This document shows, piece after piece, positions 52,501 through 64,000 of a DNA stretch of 64,000 nucleotides. The position numbers and the translations under genes are program-made. The notes under the pieces were generated by a model. The model saw nothing but the letters and a program-made list of their open reading frames with translations, was not told where the DNA came from and made no database searches. How positions within the stretch are numbered: position 1 is the stretch's first letter; the number at the start of each line of letters is the position of its first letter. Origin of the DNA: the human T2T-CHM13v2.0 reference genome, Homo sapiens; the NCBI RefSeq assembly GCF_009914755.1, contig NC_060944.1; one strand, 5' to 3'.

Positions 52501-55500
52501 AAATCCTCAAATCCAGCCAAATATCCACTTGCAGACTCCACAAAAAGAGTGTTTCAAAACTGTACTGTCAAAAGAAATGTTCAACTCTGTTAGTTGAGGA
52601 CACACATCAGACACTAGCTTCTGAGAATGCTTCTGTCCAGTTGTTACGGGAAGATATTTCCTTTTTCAACATAGGCCTGAAACCGCTTCAAATGTCCGCT
52701 TCCAGATACTGCAAAGAGAGTGTTTCAAACCTTCTCTACGAAAGGGCATGTTCTCCTCTGTGACGTCAATGCAAACATCCCAAAGAAGTTTCTGAGAATG
52801 CTTCTGTCTGGATTTTGTCTGAAGACAATCCCGTTTCCAACGAAATCCTCAAAGATATGCAAATATTCTCCTGCAGATTCTACAAAAAGAGTGTTTCAAA
52901 ACTGCTCTATGAATAGAAAGGTTCGACTCTGTTAGTAGAGGGCACACATCACAAACAAGTTGCCGAGAATGCTTCTGTCTGGTTTTTATGGGAAGATATT
53001 TCCTTTTCCAACACAAGCCTGAATGCGCTCCAAATGGACACTTCCAGATACGACAAAAGGAGTGTTTCAAACCTGTTCTGGGAAAGGGAACGTTCCATTC
53101 TGTGACTTGAATGCAAACATCACCAAGTAGTTTCTCAGAACGCTGCTGTCTGCTTTTTATATGTATTCCCGTTTCCAACGAAATCGTCAAAGCCAGCCAA
53201 ATATCCACTTGCAGGTTCCACAGAAAGAGTGTTTCAAAACTGCTCTCTCAAAAGACATGTTCAACTCTGTCAGTTGAGGACACACATCACAAAGAAGTTT
53301 CTGAGAATGCTTCTGTCTAGTTTTTATGGGAAGATATTTCCTTTTTCACCATAGGCCTCAAAGCGCTCCAAATGTCCACTTCCAGGGAATGGAAAAAGAG
53401 TGTTTCCAACCTGCTCTATGAAAGCCAATGTTCAACTCCGTGACTTGAATGCAACCATCACAAGGAAGTTTCTGAGAATGCTTCTGTCTAGGTTTTATAT
53501 GAAGATATTCCCGTTTCCAACGAAATCCTCAAACTATCCAAATATCCACTTGGAGATTCTACAAAAAGAGTGTTTCAAAACTGCTCTATCAAAAGAAAGG
53601 TTCTACTCCGTCAGTTGAGGACACACATCACGAGTAAGTTTCTGACAATGCTTCTGTCTAGTTTTTATGGGAAGATATGTCCTTTTTCACCTTAGGCCGG
53701 AAAGCGCTCCAAAAGTCCAGTTACAGACACTACAAAAAGAGTGTTTCAAACCTGCTCTGTGAAAGGGAATGTTCCATTCTGTGACTTGAATGCAAACATC
53801 ACAAAGAAATTGCTGAGAATGCTGCTGTCTGCTTTTTATACCTTATCGCGTTTCCAACGAAATCCTTAAATCCAGCCAAATATCCACTTGCAGACTCCAC
53901 AAAAAGAGTGTTTCAAAACTATACTCTCCAAAGAAATGTTCAACTCTGTTAGTTGAGGACACACATCAGAGACTAGCTTCTGAGAATGCTTCTGTCCAGT
54001 TGTTACGGGAAGATATTTCCTTTTTCAACATAGGCCTGAAACCGCTTCAAATGTCCACTTCCAGATACTGCAAAGAGAGTGTTTCAAACCTTCTCTACGA
54101 AAGGGCATGTTCTCCTCAGTGACGTCAATGCAAACATTCCAAAGAAGTTTCTGAGAATGCTTCTGTCTGGATTTTATCTGAAGACAATCCCGTTTCCAAC
54201 GAAATCCTCAAAGATATGCAAATATGCTCCTGCAGATTCTACAAAAAGAGTGTTTCAAAACTGCTCTATGAATAGAAAGGTTCGACTCTGTTAGTAGAGG
54301 GCACACATCACAAACAAGTTGCCGAGAATGCTTCTGTCTGGTTTTTATGGGAAGATATTTCCTTTTCCAACACAAGCCTGAATGCGCTCCAAATGGACAC
54401 TTCCAGATACGACAAAAGGAGTGTTTCAAACCTGTTCTGTGAAAGGGAACGTTCCATTCTGTGACTTGAATGCAAACATCACCAAGTAGTTTCTCAGAAC
54501 GCTGCTGTCTGCTTTTTATATGTATTCCCGTTTCCAACGAAATCGTCAAAGCCAGCCAAATATCCACTTGCAGGTTCCACAGAAAGAGTGTTTCAAAACT
54601 GCTCTCTCAAAAGACATGTTCAACTCTGTCAGTTGAGGACACACATCACAAAGAAGTTTCTGAGAATGCTTCTGTCTAGTTTTTATGGGAAGATATTTCC
54701 TTTTTCACCATAGGCCTCAAAGCGCTCCAAATGTCCACTTCCAGGGAATGGAAGAAGAGAGTTTCCAACCTGCTCTATGAAAGCCAATGTTCAACTCCGT
54801 GACTTGAATGCAACCATCACAAGGAAGTTTCTGAGAATGCTTCTGTCTAGGTTTTATATGAAGATATTCCCGTTTCCAACGAATTCCTCAAACTATCCAA
54901 ATATCCACTTGGAGATTCTACAAAAAGAGTGTTTCAAAACTGCTCTATCAAAAGAAAGGTTCTACTCCGTCAGTTGAGGACACACATCACGAGTAAGTTT
55001 CTGACAATGCTTCTGTCTAGTTTTTATGGGAAGATATGTCCTTTTTCACCTTAGGCCGGAAAGCGCTCCAAAAGTCCAGTTACAGACACTACAAAAAGAG
55101 TGTTTCAAACCTGCTCTGTGAAAGGGAATGTTCCATTCTGTGACTTGAATGCAAACATCACAAAGAAATTGCTGAGAATGCTGCTGTCTGCTTTTTATAC
55201 CTTATCGCGTTTCCAACGAAATCCTCAAATCCAGCCAAATATCCACTTGCAGACTCCACAAAAAGAGTGTTTCAAAACTATACTCTCCAAAGAAATGTTC
55301 AACTCTGTTAGTTGAGGACACACATCAGAGACTAGCTTCTGAGAATGCTTCTGTCCAGTTGTTACGGGAAGATATTTCCTTTTTCAACATAGGCCTGAAA
55401 CCGCTTCAAATGTCCACTTCCAGATACTGCAAAGAGAGTGTTTCAAACCTTCTCTACGAAAGGGCATGTTCTCCTCAGTGACGTCAATGCAAACATCCCA

Positions 55501-58500
55501 AAGAAGTTTCTGAGAATGCTTCTGTCTGGATTTTATCTGAAGACAATCCCGTTTCCAACGAAATCCTCAAAGCTATGCAAATATGCTCCTGCAGATTCTA
55601 CAAAAAGAGTGTTTCAAAACTGCTCTATGAAAAGAAAGGTTCGACTCTGTTAGTAGAGGGCACACATCACAAACAAGTTGCCGAGAATGCTTCTGTCTGG
55701 TTTTTATGGGAAGATATTTCCTTTTCCAACACAAGCCTGAATGCGCTCCAAATGGACACTTCCAGATATGACAAAAGGAGTGTTTCAAACCTGTTCTGTG
55801 AAAGGGAACGTTCCATTCTGTGACTTGAATGCAAACATCACCAAGTAGTTTCTCAGAACGCTGCTGTCTGCTTTTTATATGTATTCCCGTTTCCAACGAA
55901 ATCGTCAAAGCCAGCCAAATATCCACTTGCAGGTTCCACAGAAAGAGTGTTTCAAAACTGCTCTCTCAAAAGACATGTTCAACTCTGTCAGTTGAGGACA
56001 CACATCACAAAGAAGTTTCTGAGAATGCTTCTGTCTAGTTTTTATGGGAAGATATTTCCTTTTTCACCATAGGCCTCAAAGCGCTCCAAATGTCCACTTC
56101 CAGGGAATGGAAAAAGAGTGTTTCCAACCTGCTCTATGAAAGCCAATGTTCAACTCCGTGACTTGAATGCAACCATCACAAGGAAGTTTCTGAGAATGCT
56201 TCTGTCTAGGTTTTATATGAAGATATTCCCGTTTCCAACGAAATCCTCAAAGCTATCCAAATATCCACTTGGAGATTCTACAAAAAGAGTGTTTCAAAAC
56301 TGCTCTATCAAAAGAAAGGTTCTACTCCGTCAGTTGAGGACACACATCACGAGTAAGTTTCTGACAATGCTTCTGTCTAGTTTTTATGGGAAGATATGTC
56401 CTTTTTCACCTTAGGCCGGAAAGCGCTCCAAAAGTCCAGTTACAGACACTACAAAAAGAGTGTTTCAAACCTGCTCTGTGAAAGGGAATGTTCAATTCTG
56501 TGACTTGAATGCAAACATCACAAAGAAATTGCTGAGAATGCTGCTGTCTGCTTTTTATACCTTATCGCGTTTCCAACGAAATCCTTAAATCCAGCCAAAT
56601 ATCCACTTGCAGACTCCACAAAAAGAGTGTTTCAAAACTATACTCTCCAAAGAAATGTTCAACTCTGTTAGTTGAGGACACACATCAGAGACTAGCTTCT
56701 GAGAATGCTTCTGTCCAGTTGTTACGGGAAGATATTTCCTTTTTCAACATAGGCCTGAAACCGCTTCAAATGTCCACTTCCAGATACTGCAAAGAGAGTG
56801 TTTCAAACCTTCTCTACGAAAGGGCATGTTCTCCTCAGTGACGTCAATGCAAACATCCCAAAGAAGTTTCTGAGAATGCTTCTGTCTGGATTTTGTCTGA
56901 AGACAATCCCGTTTCCAACGAAATCCTCAAAGATATGCAAATATGCTCCTGCAGATTCTACAAAAAGAGTGTTTCAAAACTGCTCTATGAATAGAAAGGT
57001 TCGACTCTGTTAGTAGAGGGCACACATCACAAACAAGTTGCCGAGAATGCTTCTGTCTGATTTTTATGGGAATATATTTCCTTTTCCAACACAAGCCTGA
57101 ATGCGCTCCAAATGGACACTTCCAGATACGACAAAAGGAGTGTTTCAAACCTGTTCTGTGAAAGGGAACGTTCCATTCTGTGACTTGAATGCAAACATCA
57201 CCAAGTAGTTTCTCAGAACGCTGCTGTCTGCTTTTTATATGTATTCCCGTTTCCAACGAAATCGTCAAAGCCAGCCAAATATCCACTTGCAGGTTCCACA
57301 GAAAGAGTGTTTCAAAACTGCTCTCTCAAAAGACATGTTCAACTCTGTCAGTTGAGGACACACATCACAATGAAGTTTCTGAGAATGCTTCTGTCTAGTT
57401 TTTATGGGAAGATATCTCCTTTTTCACCATAGGCCTCAAAGCGCTCCAAATGTCCACTTCCAGGGAATGGAAAAAGAGTGTTTCCAACCTACTGTATGAA
57501 AGCCAATGTTCAACTCCGTGACTTGAATGCAACCATCACAAGGAAGTTTCTGAGAATGCTTCTGTCTAGGTTTTATATGAAGATATTCCCGTTTCCAATG
57601 AAATCCTCAAAGCTATCCATATATCCACTTGGAGATTCTACAAAAAGAGTGTTTCAAAACTGCTCTATCAAAAGAAAGGTTCTACTCCGTCAGTTGAGGA
57701 CACACATCACGAGTAAGTTTCTGACAATGCTTCTGTCTAGTTTTTATGGGAAGATATGTCCTTTTTCACCTTAGGCCGGAAAGCGCTCCAAAAGTCCAGT
57801 TACAGACACTACAAAAAGAGTGTTTCAAACCTGCTCTGTGAAAGGGAATGTTCAATTCTGTGACTTGAATGCAAACATCACAAAGAAGTTGCTGAGAATG
57901 CTGCTGTCTGCTTTTTATACCTTATCCCGTTTCCAACGAAATCCTCAAATCCAGCCAAATATCCACTTGCAGACTCCACAAAAAGAGTGTTTCAAAACTG
58001 TACTGTCAAAAGAAATGTTCAACTCTGTTAGTTGAGGACACACATCAGACACTAGCTTCTGAGAATGCTTCTGTCCAGATGTTACGGGAAGATATTTCCT
58101 TTTTCAACATAGGCCTGAAACCGCTTCAAATGTCCGCTTCCAGATACTGCAAAGAGAGTGTTTCAAACCTTCTCTACGAAAGGGCATGTTCTCCTCTGTG
58201 ACGTCAATGCAAACATCCCAAAGAAGTTTCTGAGAATGCTTCTGTCTGGATTTTGTCTGAAGACAATCCCGTTTCCAACGAAATCCTCAAAGATATGCAA
58301 ATATTCTCCTGCAGATTCTACAAAAAGAGTGTTTCAAAACTGCTCTATGAATAGAAAGGTTCGACTCTGTTAGTAGAGGGCACACATCACAAACAAGTTG
58401 CCGAGAATGCTTCTGTCTGGTTTTTATGGGAAGATATTTCCTTTTCCAACACAAGCCTGAATGCGCTCCAAATGGACACTTCCAGATACGACAAAAGGAG

Positions 58501-61500
58501 TGTTTCAAACCTGTTCTGGGAAAGGGAACGTTCCATTCTGTGACTTGAATGCAAACATCACCAAGTAGTTTCTCAGAACGCTGCTGTCTGCTTTTTATAT
58601 GTATTCCCGTTTCCAACGAAATCGTCAAAGCCAGCCAAATATCCACTTGCAGGTTCCACAGAAAGAGTGTTTCAAAACTGCTCTCTCAAAAGACATGTTC
58701 AACTCTGTCAGTTGAGGACACACATCACAAAGAAGTTTCTGAGAATGCTTCTGTCTAGTTTTTATGGGAAGATATTTCCTTTTTCACCATAGGCCTCAAA
58801 GCGCTCCAAATGTCCACTTCCAGGGAATGGAAAAAGAGTGTTTCCAACCTGCTCTATGAAAGCCAATGTTCAACTCCGTGACTTGAATGCAACCATCACA
58901 AGGAAGTTTCTGAGAATGCTTCTGTCTAGGTTTTATATGAAGATATTCCCGTTTCCAACGAAATCCTCAAACTATCCAAATATCCACTTGGAGATTCTAC
59001 AAAAAGAGTGTTTCAAAACTGCTCTATCAAAAGAAAGGTTCTACTCCGTCAGTTGAGGACACACATCACGAGTAAGTTTCTGACAATGCTTCTGTCTAGT
59101 TTTTATGGGAAGATATGTCCTTTTTCACCTTAGGCCGGAAAGCGCTCCAAAAGTCCAGTTACAGACACTACAAAAAGAGTGTTTCAAACCTGCTCTGTGA
59201 AAGGGAATGTTCAATTCTGTGACTTGAATGCAAACATCACAAAGAAGTTGCTGAGAATGCTGCTGTCTGCTTTTTATACCTTATCCCGTTTCCAACGAAA
59301 TCCTCAAATCCAGCCAAATATCCACTTGCAGACTCCACAAAAAGAGTGTTTCAAAACTGTACTGTCAAAAGAAATGTTCAACTCTGTTAGTTGAGGACAC
59401 ACATCAGACACTAGCTTCTGAGAATGCTTCTGTCCAGTTGTTACGGGAAGATATTTCCTTTTTCAACATAGGCCTGAAACCGCTTCAAATGTCCGCTTCC
59501 AGATACTGCAAAGAGAGTGTTTCAAACCTTCTCTACGAAAGGGCATGTTCTCCTCTGTGACGTCAATGCAAACATCCCAAAGAAGTTTCTGAGAATGCTT
59601 CTGTCTGGATTTTGTCTGAAGACAATCCCGTTTCCAACGAAATCCTCAAAGATATGCAAATATTCTCCTGCAGATTCTACAAAAAGAGTGTTTCAAAACT
59701 GCTCTATGAATAGAAAGGTTCGACTCTGTTAGTAGAGGGCACACATCACAAACAAGTTGCCGAGAATGCTTCTGTCTGGTTTTTATGGGAAGATATTTCC
59801 TTTTCCAACACAAGCCTGAATGCGCTCCAAATGGACACTTCCAGATACGACAAAAGGAGTGTTTCAAACCTGTTCTGGGAAAGGGAACGTTCCATTCTGT
59901 GACTTGAATGCAAACATCACCAAGTAGTTTCTCAGAACGCTGCTGTCTGCTTTTTATATGTATTCCCGTTTCCAACGAAATCGTCAAAGCCAGCCAAATA
60001 TCCACTTGCAGGTTCCACAGAAAGAGTGTTTCAAAACTGCTCTCTCAAAAGACATGTTCAACTCTGTCAGTTGAGGACACACATCACAAAGAAGTTTCTG
60101 AGAATGCTTCTGTCTAGTTTTTATGGGAAGATATTTCCTTTTTCACCATAGGCCTCAAAGCGCTCCAAATGTCCACTTCCAGGGAATGGAAAAAGAGTGT
60201 TTCCAACCTGCTCTATGAAAGCCAATGTTCAACTCCGTGACTTGAATGCAACCATCACAAGGAAGTTTCTGAGAATGCTTCTGTCTAGGTTTTATATGAA
60301 GATATTCCCGTTTCCAACGAAATCCTCAAACTATCCAAATATCCACTTGGAGATTCTACAAAAAGAGTGTTTCAAAACTGCTCTATCAAAAGAAAGGTTC
60401 TACTCCGTCAGTTGAGGACACACATCACGAGTAAGTTTCTGACAATGCTTCTGTCTAGTTTTTATGGGAAGATATGTCCTTTTTCACCTTAGGCCGGAAA
60501 GCGCTCCAAAAGTCCAGTTACAGACACTACAAAAAGAGTGTTTCAAACCTGCTCTGTGAAAGGGAATGTTCCATTCTGTGACTTGAATGCAAACATCACA
60601 AAGAAATTGCTGAGAATGCTGCTGTCTGCTTTTTATACCTTATCGCGTTTCCAACGAAATCCTTAAATCCAGCCAAATATCCACTTGCAGACTCCACAAA
60701 AAGAGTGTTTCAAAACTATACTCTCCAAAGAAATGTTCAACTCTGTTAGTTGAGGACACACATCAGAGACTAGCTTCTGAGAATGCTTCTGTCCAGTTGT
60801 TACGGGAAGATATTTCCTTTTTCAACATAGGCCTGAAACCGCTTCAAATGTCCACTTCCAGATACTGCAAAGAGAGTGTTTCAAACCTTCTCTACGAAAG
60901 GGCATGTTCTCCTCAGTGACGTCAATGCAAACATTCCAAAGAAGTTTCTGAGAATGCTTCTGTCTGGATTTTATCTGAAGACAATCCCGTTTCCAACGAA
61001 ATCCTCAAAGATATGCAAATATGCTCCTGCAGATTCTACAAAAAGAGTGTTTCAAAACTGCTCTATGAATAGAAAGGTTCGACTCTGTTAGTAGAGGGCA
61101 CACATCACAAACAAGTTGCCGAGAATGCTTCTGTCTGGTTTTTATGGGAAGATATTTCCTTTTCCAACACAAGCCTGAATGCGCTCCAAATGGACACTTC
61201 CAGATACGACAAAAGGAGTGTTTCAAACCTGTTCTGGGAAAGGGAACGTTCCCTTCTGTGACTTGAATGCAAACATCACCAAGTAGTTTCTCAGAACGCT
61301 GCTGTCTGCTTTTTATATGTATTCCCGTTTCCAACGAAATCGTCAAAGCCAGCCAAATATCCACTTGCAGGTTCCACAGAAAGAGTGTTTCAAAACTGCT
61401 CTCTCAAAAGACATGTTCAACTCTGTCAGTTGAGGACACACATCACAAAGAAGTTTCTGAGAATGCTTCTGTCTAGTTTTTATGGGAAGATATTTCCTTT

Positions 61501-64000
61501 TTCACCATAGGCCTCAAAGCGCTCCAAATGTCCACTTCCAGGGAATGGAAGAAGAGTGTTTCCAACCTGCTCTATGAAAGCCAATGTTCAACTCCGTGAC
61601 TTGAATGCAACCATCACAAGGAAGTTTCTGAGAATGCTTCTGTCTAGGTTTTATATGAAGATATTCCCGTTTCCAACGAATTCCTCAAACTATCCAAATA
61701 TCCACTTGGAGATTCTACAAAAAGAGTGTTTCAAAACTGCTCTATCAAAAGAAAGGTTCTACTCCGTCAGTTGAGGACACACATCACGAGTAAGTTTCTG
61801 ACAATGCTTCTGTCTAGTTTTTATGGGAAGATATGTCCTTTTTCACCTTAGGCCGGAAAGCGCTCCAAAAGTCCAGTTACAGACACTACAAAAAGAGTGT
61901 TTCAAACCTGCTCTGTGAAAGGGAATGTTCCATTCTGTGACTTGAATGCAAACATCACAAAGAAATTGCTGAGAATGCTGCTGTCTGCTTTTTATACCTT
62001 ATCGCGTTTCCAACGAAATCCTCAAATCCAGCCAAATATCCACTTGCAGACTCCACAAAAAGAGTGTTTCAAAACTATACTCTCCAAAGAAATGTTCAAC
62101 TCTGTTAGTTGAGGACACACATCAGAGACTAGCTTCTGAGAATGCTTCTGTCCAGTTGTTACGGGAAGATATTTCCTTTTTCAACATAGGCCTGAAACCG
62201 CTTCAAATGTCCACTTCCAGATACTGCAAAGAGAGTGTTTCAAACCTTCTCTACGAAAGGGCATGTTCTCCTCAGTGACGTCAATGCAAACATCCCAAAG
62301 AAGTTTCTGAGAATGCTTCTGTCTGGATTTTATCTGAAGACAATCCCGTTTCCAACGAAATCCTCAAAGCTATGCAAATATGCTCCTGCAGATTCTACAA
62401 AAAGAGTGTTTCAAAACTGCTCTATGAAAAGAAAGGTTCGACTCTGTTAGTAGAGGGCACACATCACAAACAAGTTGCCGAGAATGCTTCTGTCTGGTTT
62501 TTATGGGAAGATATTTCCTTTTCCAACACAAGCCTGAATGCGCTCCAAATGGACACTTCCAGATATGACAAAAGGAGTGTTTCAAACCTGTTCTGTGAAA
62601 GGGAACGTTCCATTCTGTGACTTGAATGCAAACATCACCAAGTAGTTTCTCAGAACGCTGCTGTCTGCTTTTTATATGTATTCCCGTTTCCAACGAAATC
62701 GTCAAAGCCAGCCAAATATCCACTTGCAGGTTCCACAGAAAGAGTGTTTCAAAACTGCTCTCTCAAAAGACATGTTCAACTCTGTCAGTTGAGGACACAC
62801 ATCACAAAGAAGTTTCTGAGAATGCTTCTGTCTAGTTTTTATGGGAAGATATTTCCTTTTTCACCATAGGCCTCAAAGCGCTCCAAATGTCCACTTCCAG
62901 GGAATGGAAAAAGAGTGTTTCCAACCTGCTCTATGAAAGCCAATGTTCAACTCCGTGACTTGAATGCAACCATCACAAGGAAGTTTCTGAGAATGCTTCT
63001 GTCTAGGTTTTATATGAAGATATTCCCGTTTCCAACGAAATCCTCAAAGCTATCCAAATATCCACTTGGAGATTCTACAAAAAGAGTGTTTCAAAACTGC
63101 TCTATCAAAAGAAAGGTTCTACTCCGTCAGTTGAGGACACACATCACGAGTAAGTTTCTGACAATGCTTCTGTCTAGTTTTTATGGGAAGATATGTCCTT
63201 TTTCACCTTAGGCCGGAAAGCGCTCCAAAAGTCCAGTTACAGACACTACAAAAAGAGTGTTTCAAACCTGCTCTGTGAAAGGGAATGTTCAATTCTGTGA
63301 CTTGAATGCAAACATCACAAAGAAATTGCTGAGAATGCTGCTGTCTGCTTTTTATACCTTATCGCGTTTCCAACGAAATCCTTAAATCCAGCCAAATATC
63401 CACTTGCAGACTCCACAAAAAGAGTGTTTCAAAACTATACTCTCCAAAGAAATGTTCAACTCTGTTAGTTGAGGACACACATCAGAGACTAGCTTCTGAG
63501 AATGCTTCTGTCCAGTTGTTACGGGAAGATATTTCCTTTTTCAACATAGGCCTGAAACCGCTTCAAATGTCCACTTCCAGATACTGCAAAGAGAGTGTTT
63601 CAAACCTTCTCTACGAAAGGGCATGTTCTCCTCAGTGACGTCAATGCAAACATCCCAAAGAAGTTTCTGAGAATGCTTCTGTCTGGATTTTGTCTGAAGA
63701 CAATCCCGTTTCCAAAGAAATCCTCAAAGATATGCAAATATGCTCCTGCAGATTCTACAAAAAGAGTGTTTCAAAACTGCTCTATGAATAGAAAGGTTCG
63801 ACTCTGTTAGTAGAGGGCACACATCACAAACAAGTTGCCGAGAATGCTTCTGTCTGATTTTTATGGGAATATATTTCCTTTTCCAACACAAGCCTGAATG
63901 CGCTCCAAATGGACACTTCCAGATACGACAAAAGGAGTGTTTCAAACCTGTTCTGTGAAAGGGAACGTTCCATTCTGTGACTTGAATGCAAACATCACCA
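43512..64000. repeat. Macro-repeat copy B (offset 43,511 bp, then 44,871 bp after an extra HOR); runs off the window end
   Basis: Offsets checked at several markers: 4065>47576, 1000>44511, 10010>54881, 16807>61678, 17755>62626. Confidence 0.95.
47200..49920. repeat. Tandem duplication of a single HOR (2 x 1,360 bp) specific to copy B
   Basis: Variants found once in copy A (AAGCTTTAAT, TTCCGGGGAAG, CTGTGTGC, CACTTTCAGG, CTCATAGCG, AGGATGTTT, CATCATAAAG, TACTTTATC) occur twice here, 1,360 bp apart. Confidence 0.93.

Larger units (their letters stand above)
1..64000 (-). repeat. Centromeric alpha-satellite HOR array, about 47 copies of a 1,360-bp 8-mer (about 376 monomers), SF2-like dimeric type
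   Basis: About 171-bp periodicity with typical alphoid blocks (AAGAGTGTTTCAAAACTGCTCT, GTTTCTGAGAATGCTTCTGTCT). HOR-specific text recurs every 1,359-1,360 bp (anchor ORF starts 82, 1442, 2801, 4161 ... 62626). CENP-B boxes read canonically on the minus strand throughout. The SF2 call rests on recalled D1/D2 features (CCAACGAAATCCTCAAAGCTATCC, GTTGAGGACACAC, ATGTCCACTTCCAG, GTGACTTGAATGCAAAC) and is less certain than the alphoid call. The chromosome is not determined. Confidence 0.98.

Noticed and set aside
82-63945. About 230 short ORFs (61-155 aa) recurring every 1,360 bp, including the 155-aa ORF at 26032
   Set aside because: They are translations of alpha satellite. Many start at GTG, they are freely broken by stops and frameshifts between copies, and they have no recognisable domain. 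The longer one arises from a single TAG>TGG change at 26156.
1-64000. CRISPR-like repeat/spacer array or other prokaryotic system
   Set aside because: The intervals between conserved motifs are themselves repeated alphoid sequence, not unique spacers, and no cas-like genes are present.
1-64000. Transposon insertion, inversion or monomer-number HOR variant
   Set aside because: HOR anchors stay 1,359-1,360 bp apart on one strand across the whole window, leaving no room for such events.
1-64000. Naming a specific locus (e.g. D20Z2, D18Z1, D14Z9/D22Z1) or species
   Set aside because: Several SF2 arrays have 8-mer forms and ape arrays are similar. This cannot be decided without a database search.

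Overview
The whole 64 kb window is one uninterrupted, single-orientation primate (human or great-ape type) centromeric alpha-satellite array. It has about 47 tandem copies of a 1,360-bp, 8-monomer higher-order repeat (HOR). CENP-B-box (B-type) and pJalpha (A-type) monomers alternate, and the monomer sequences look like dimeric suprachromosomal family 2 (SF2, D1/D2). No genes, RNA genes or transposon insertions are supported, and the ORF track is a by-product of the repeat. The interest lies in the nested structure shown by HOR-specific variants. A 32-HOR (43,511 bp) macro-repeat is present: 1-19,129 recurs at 43,512-64,000 with about 5 SNVs and one extra HOR. Inside it are 4-HOR, 2-HOR and 1-HOR duplications with mappable junctions. 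The 8-mer also carries a latent 680-bp tetramer. Other observations are lineage-specific loss of CENP-B boxes, a CRE palindrome in each HOR, and a likely quasi-palindrome-correction mutation. All comparisons were made by eye, so variant counts are minimums.
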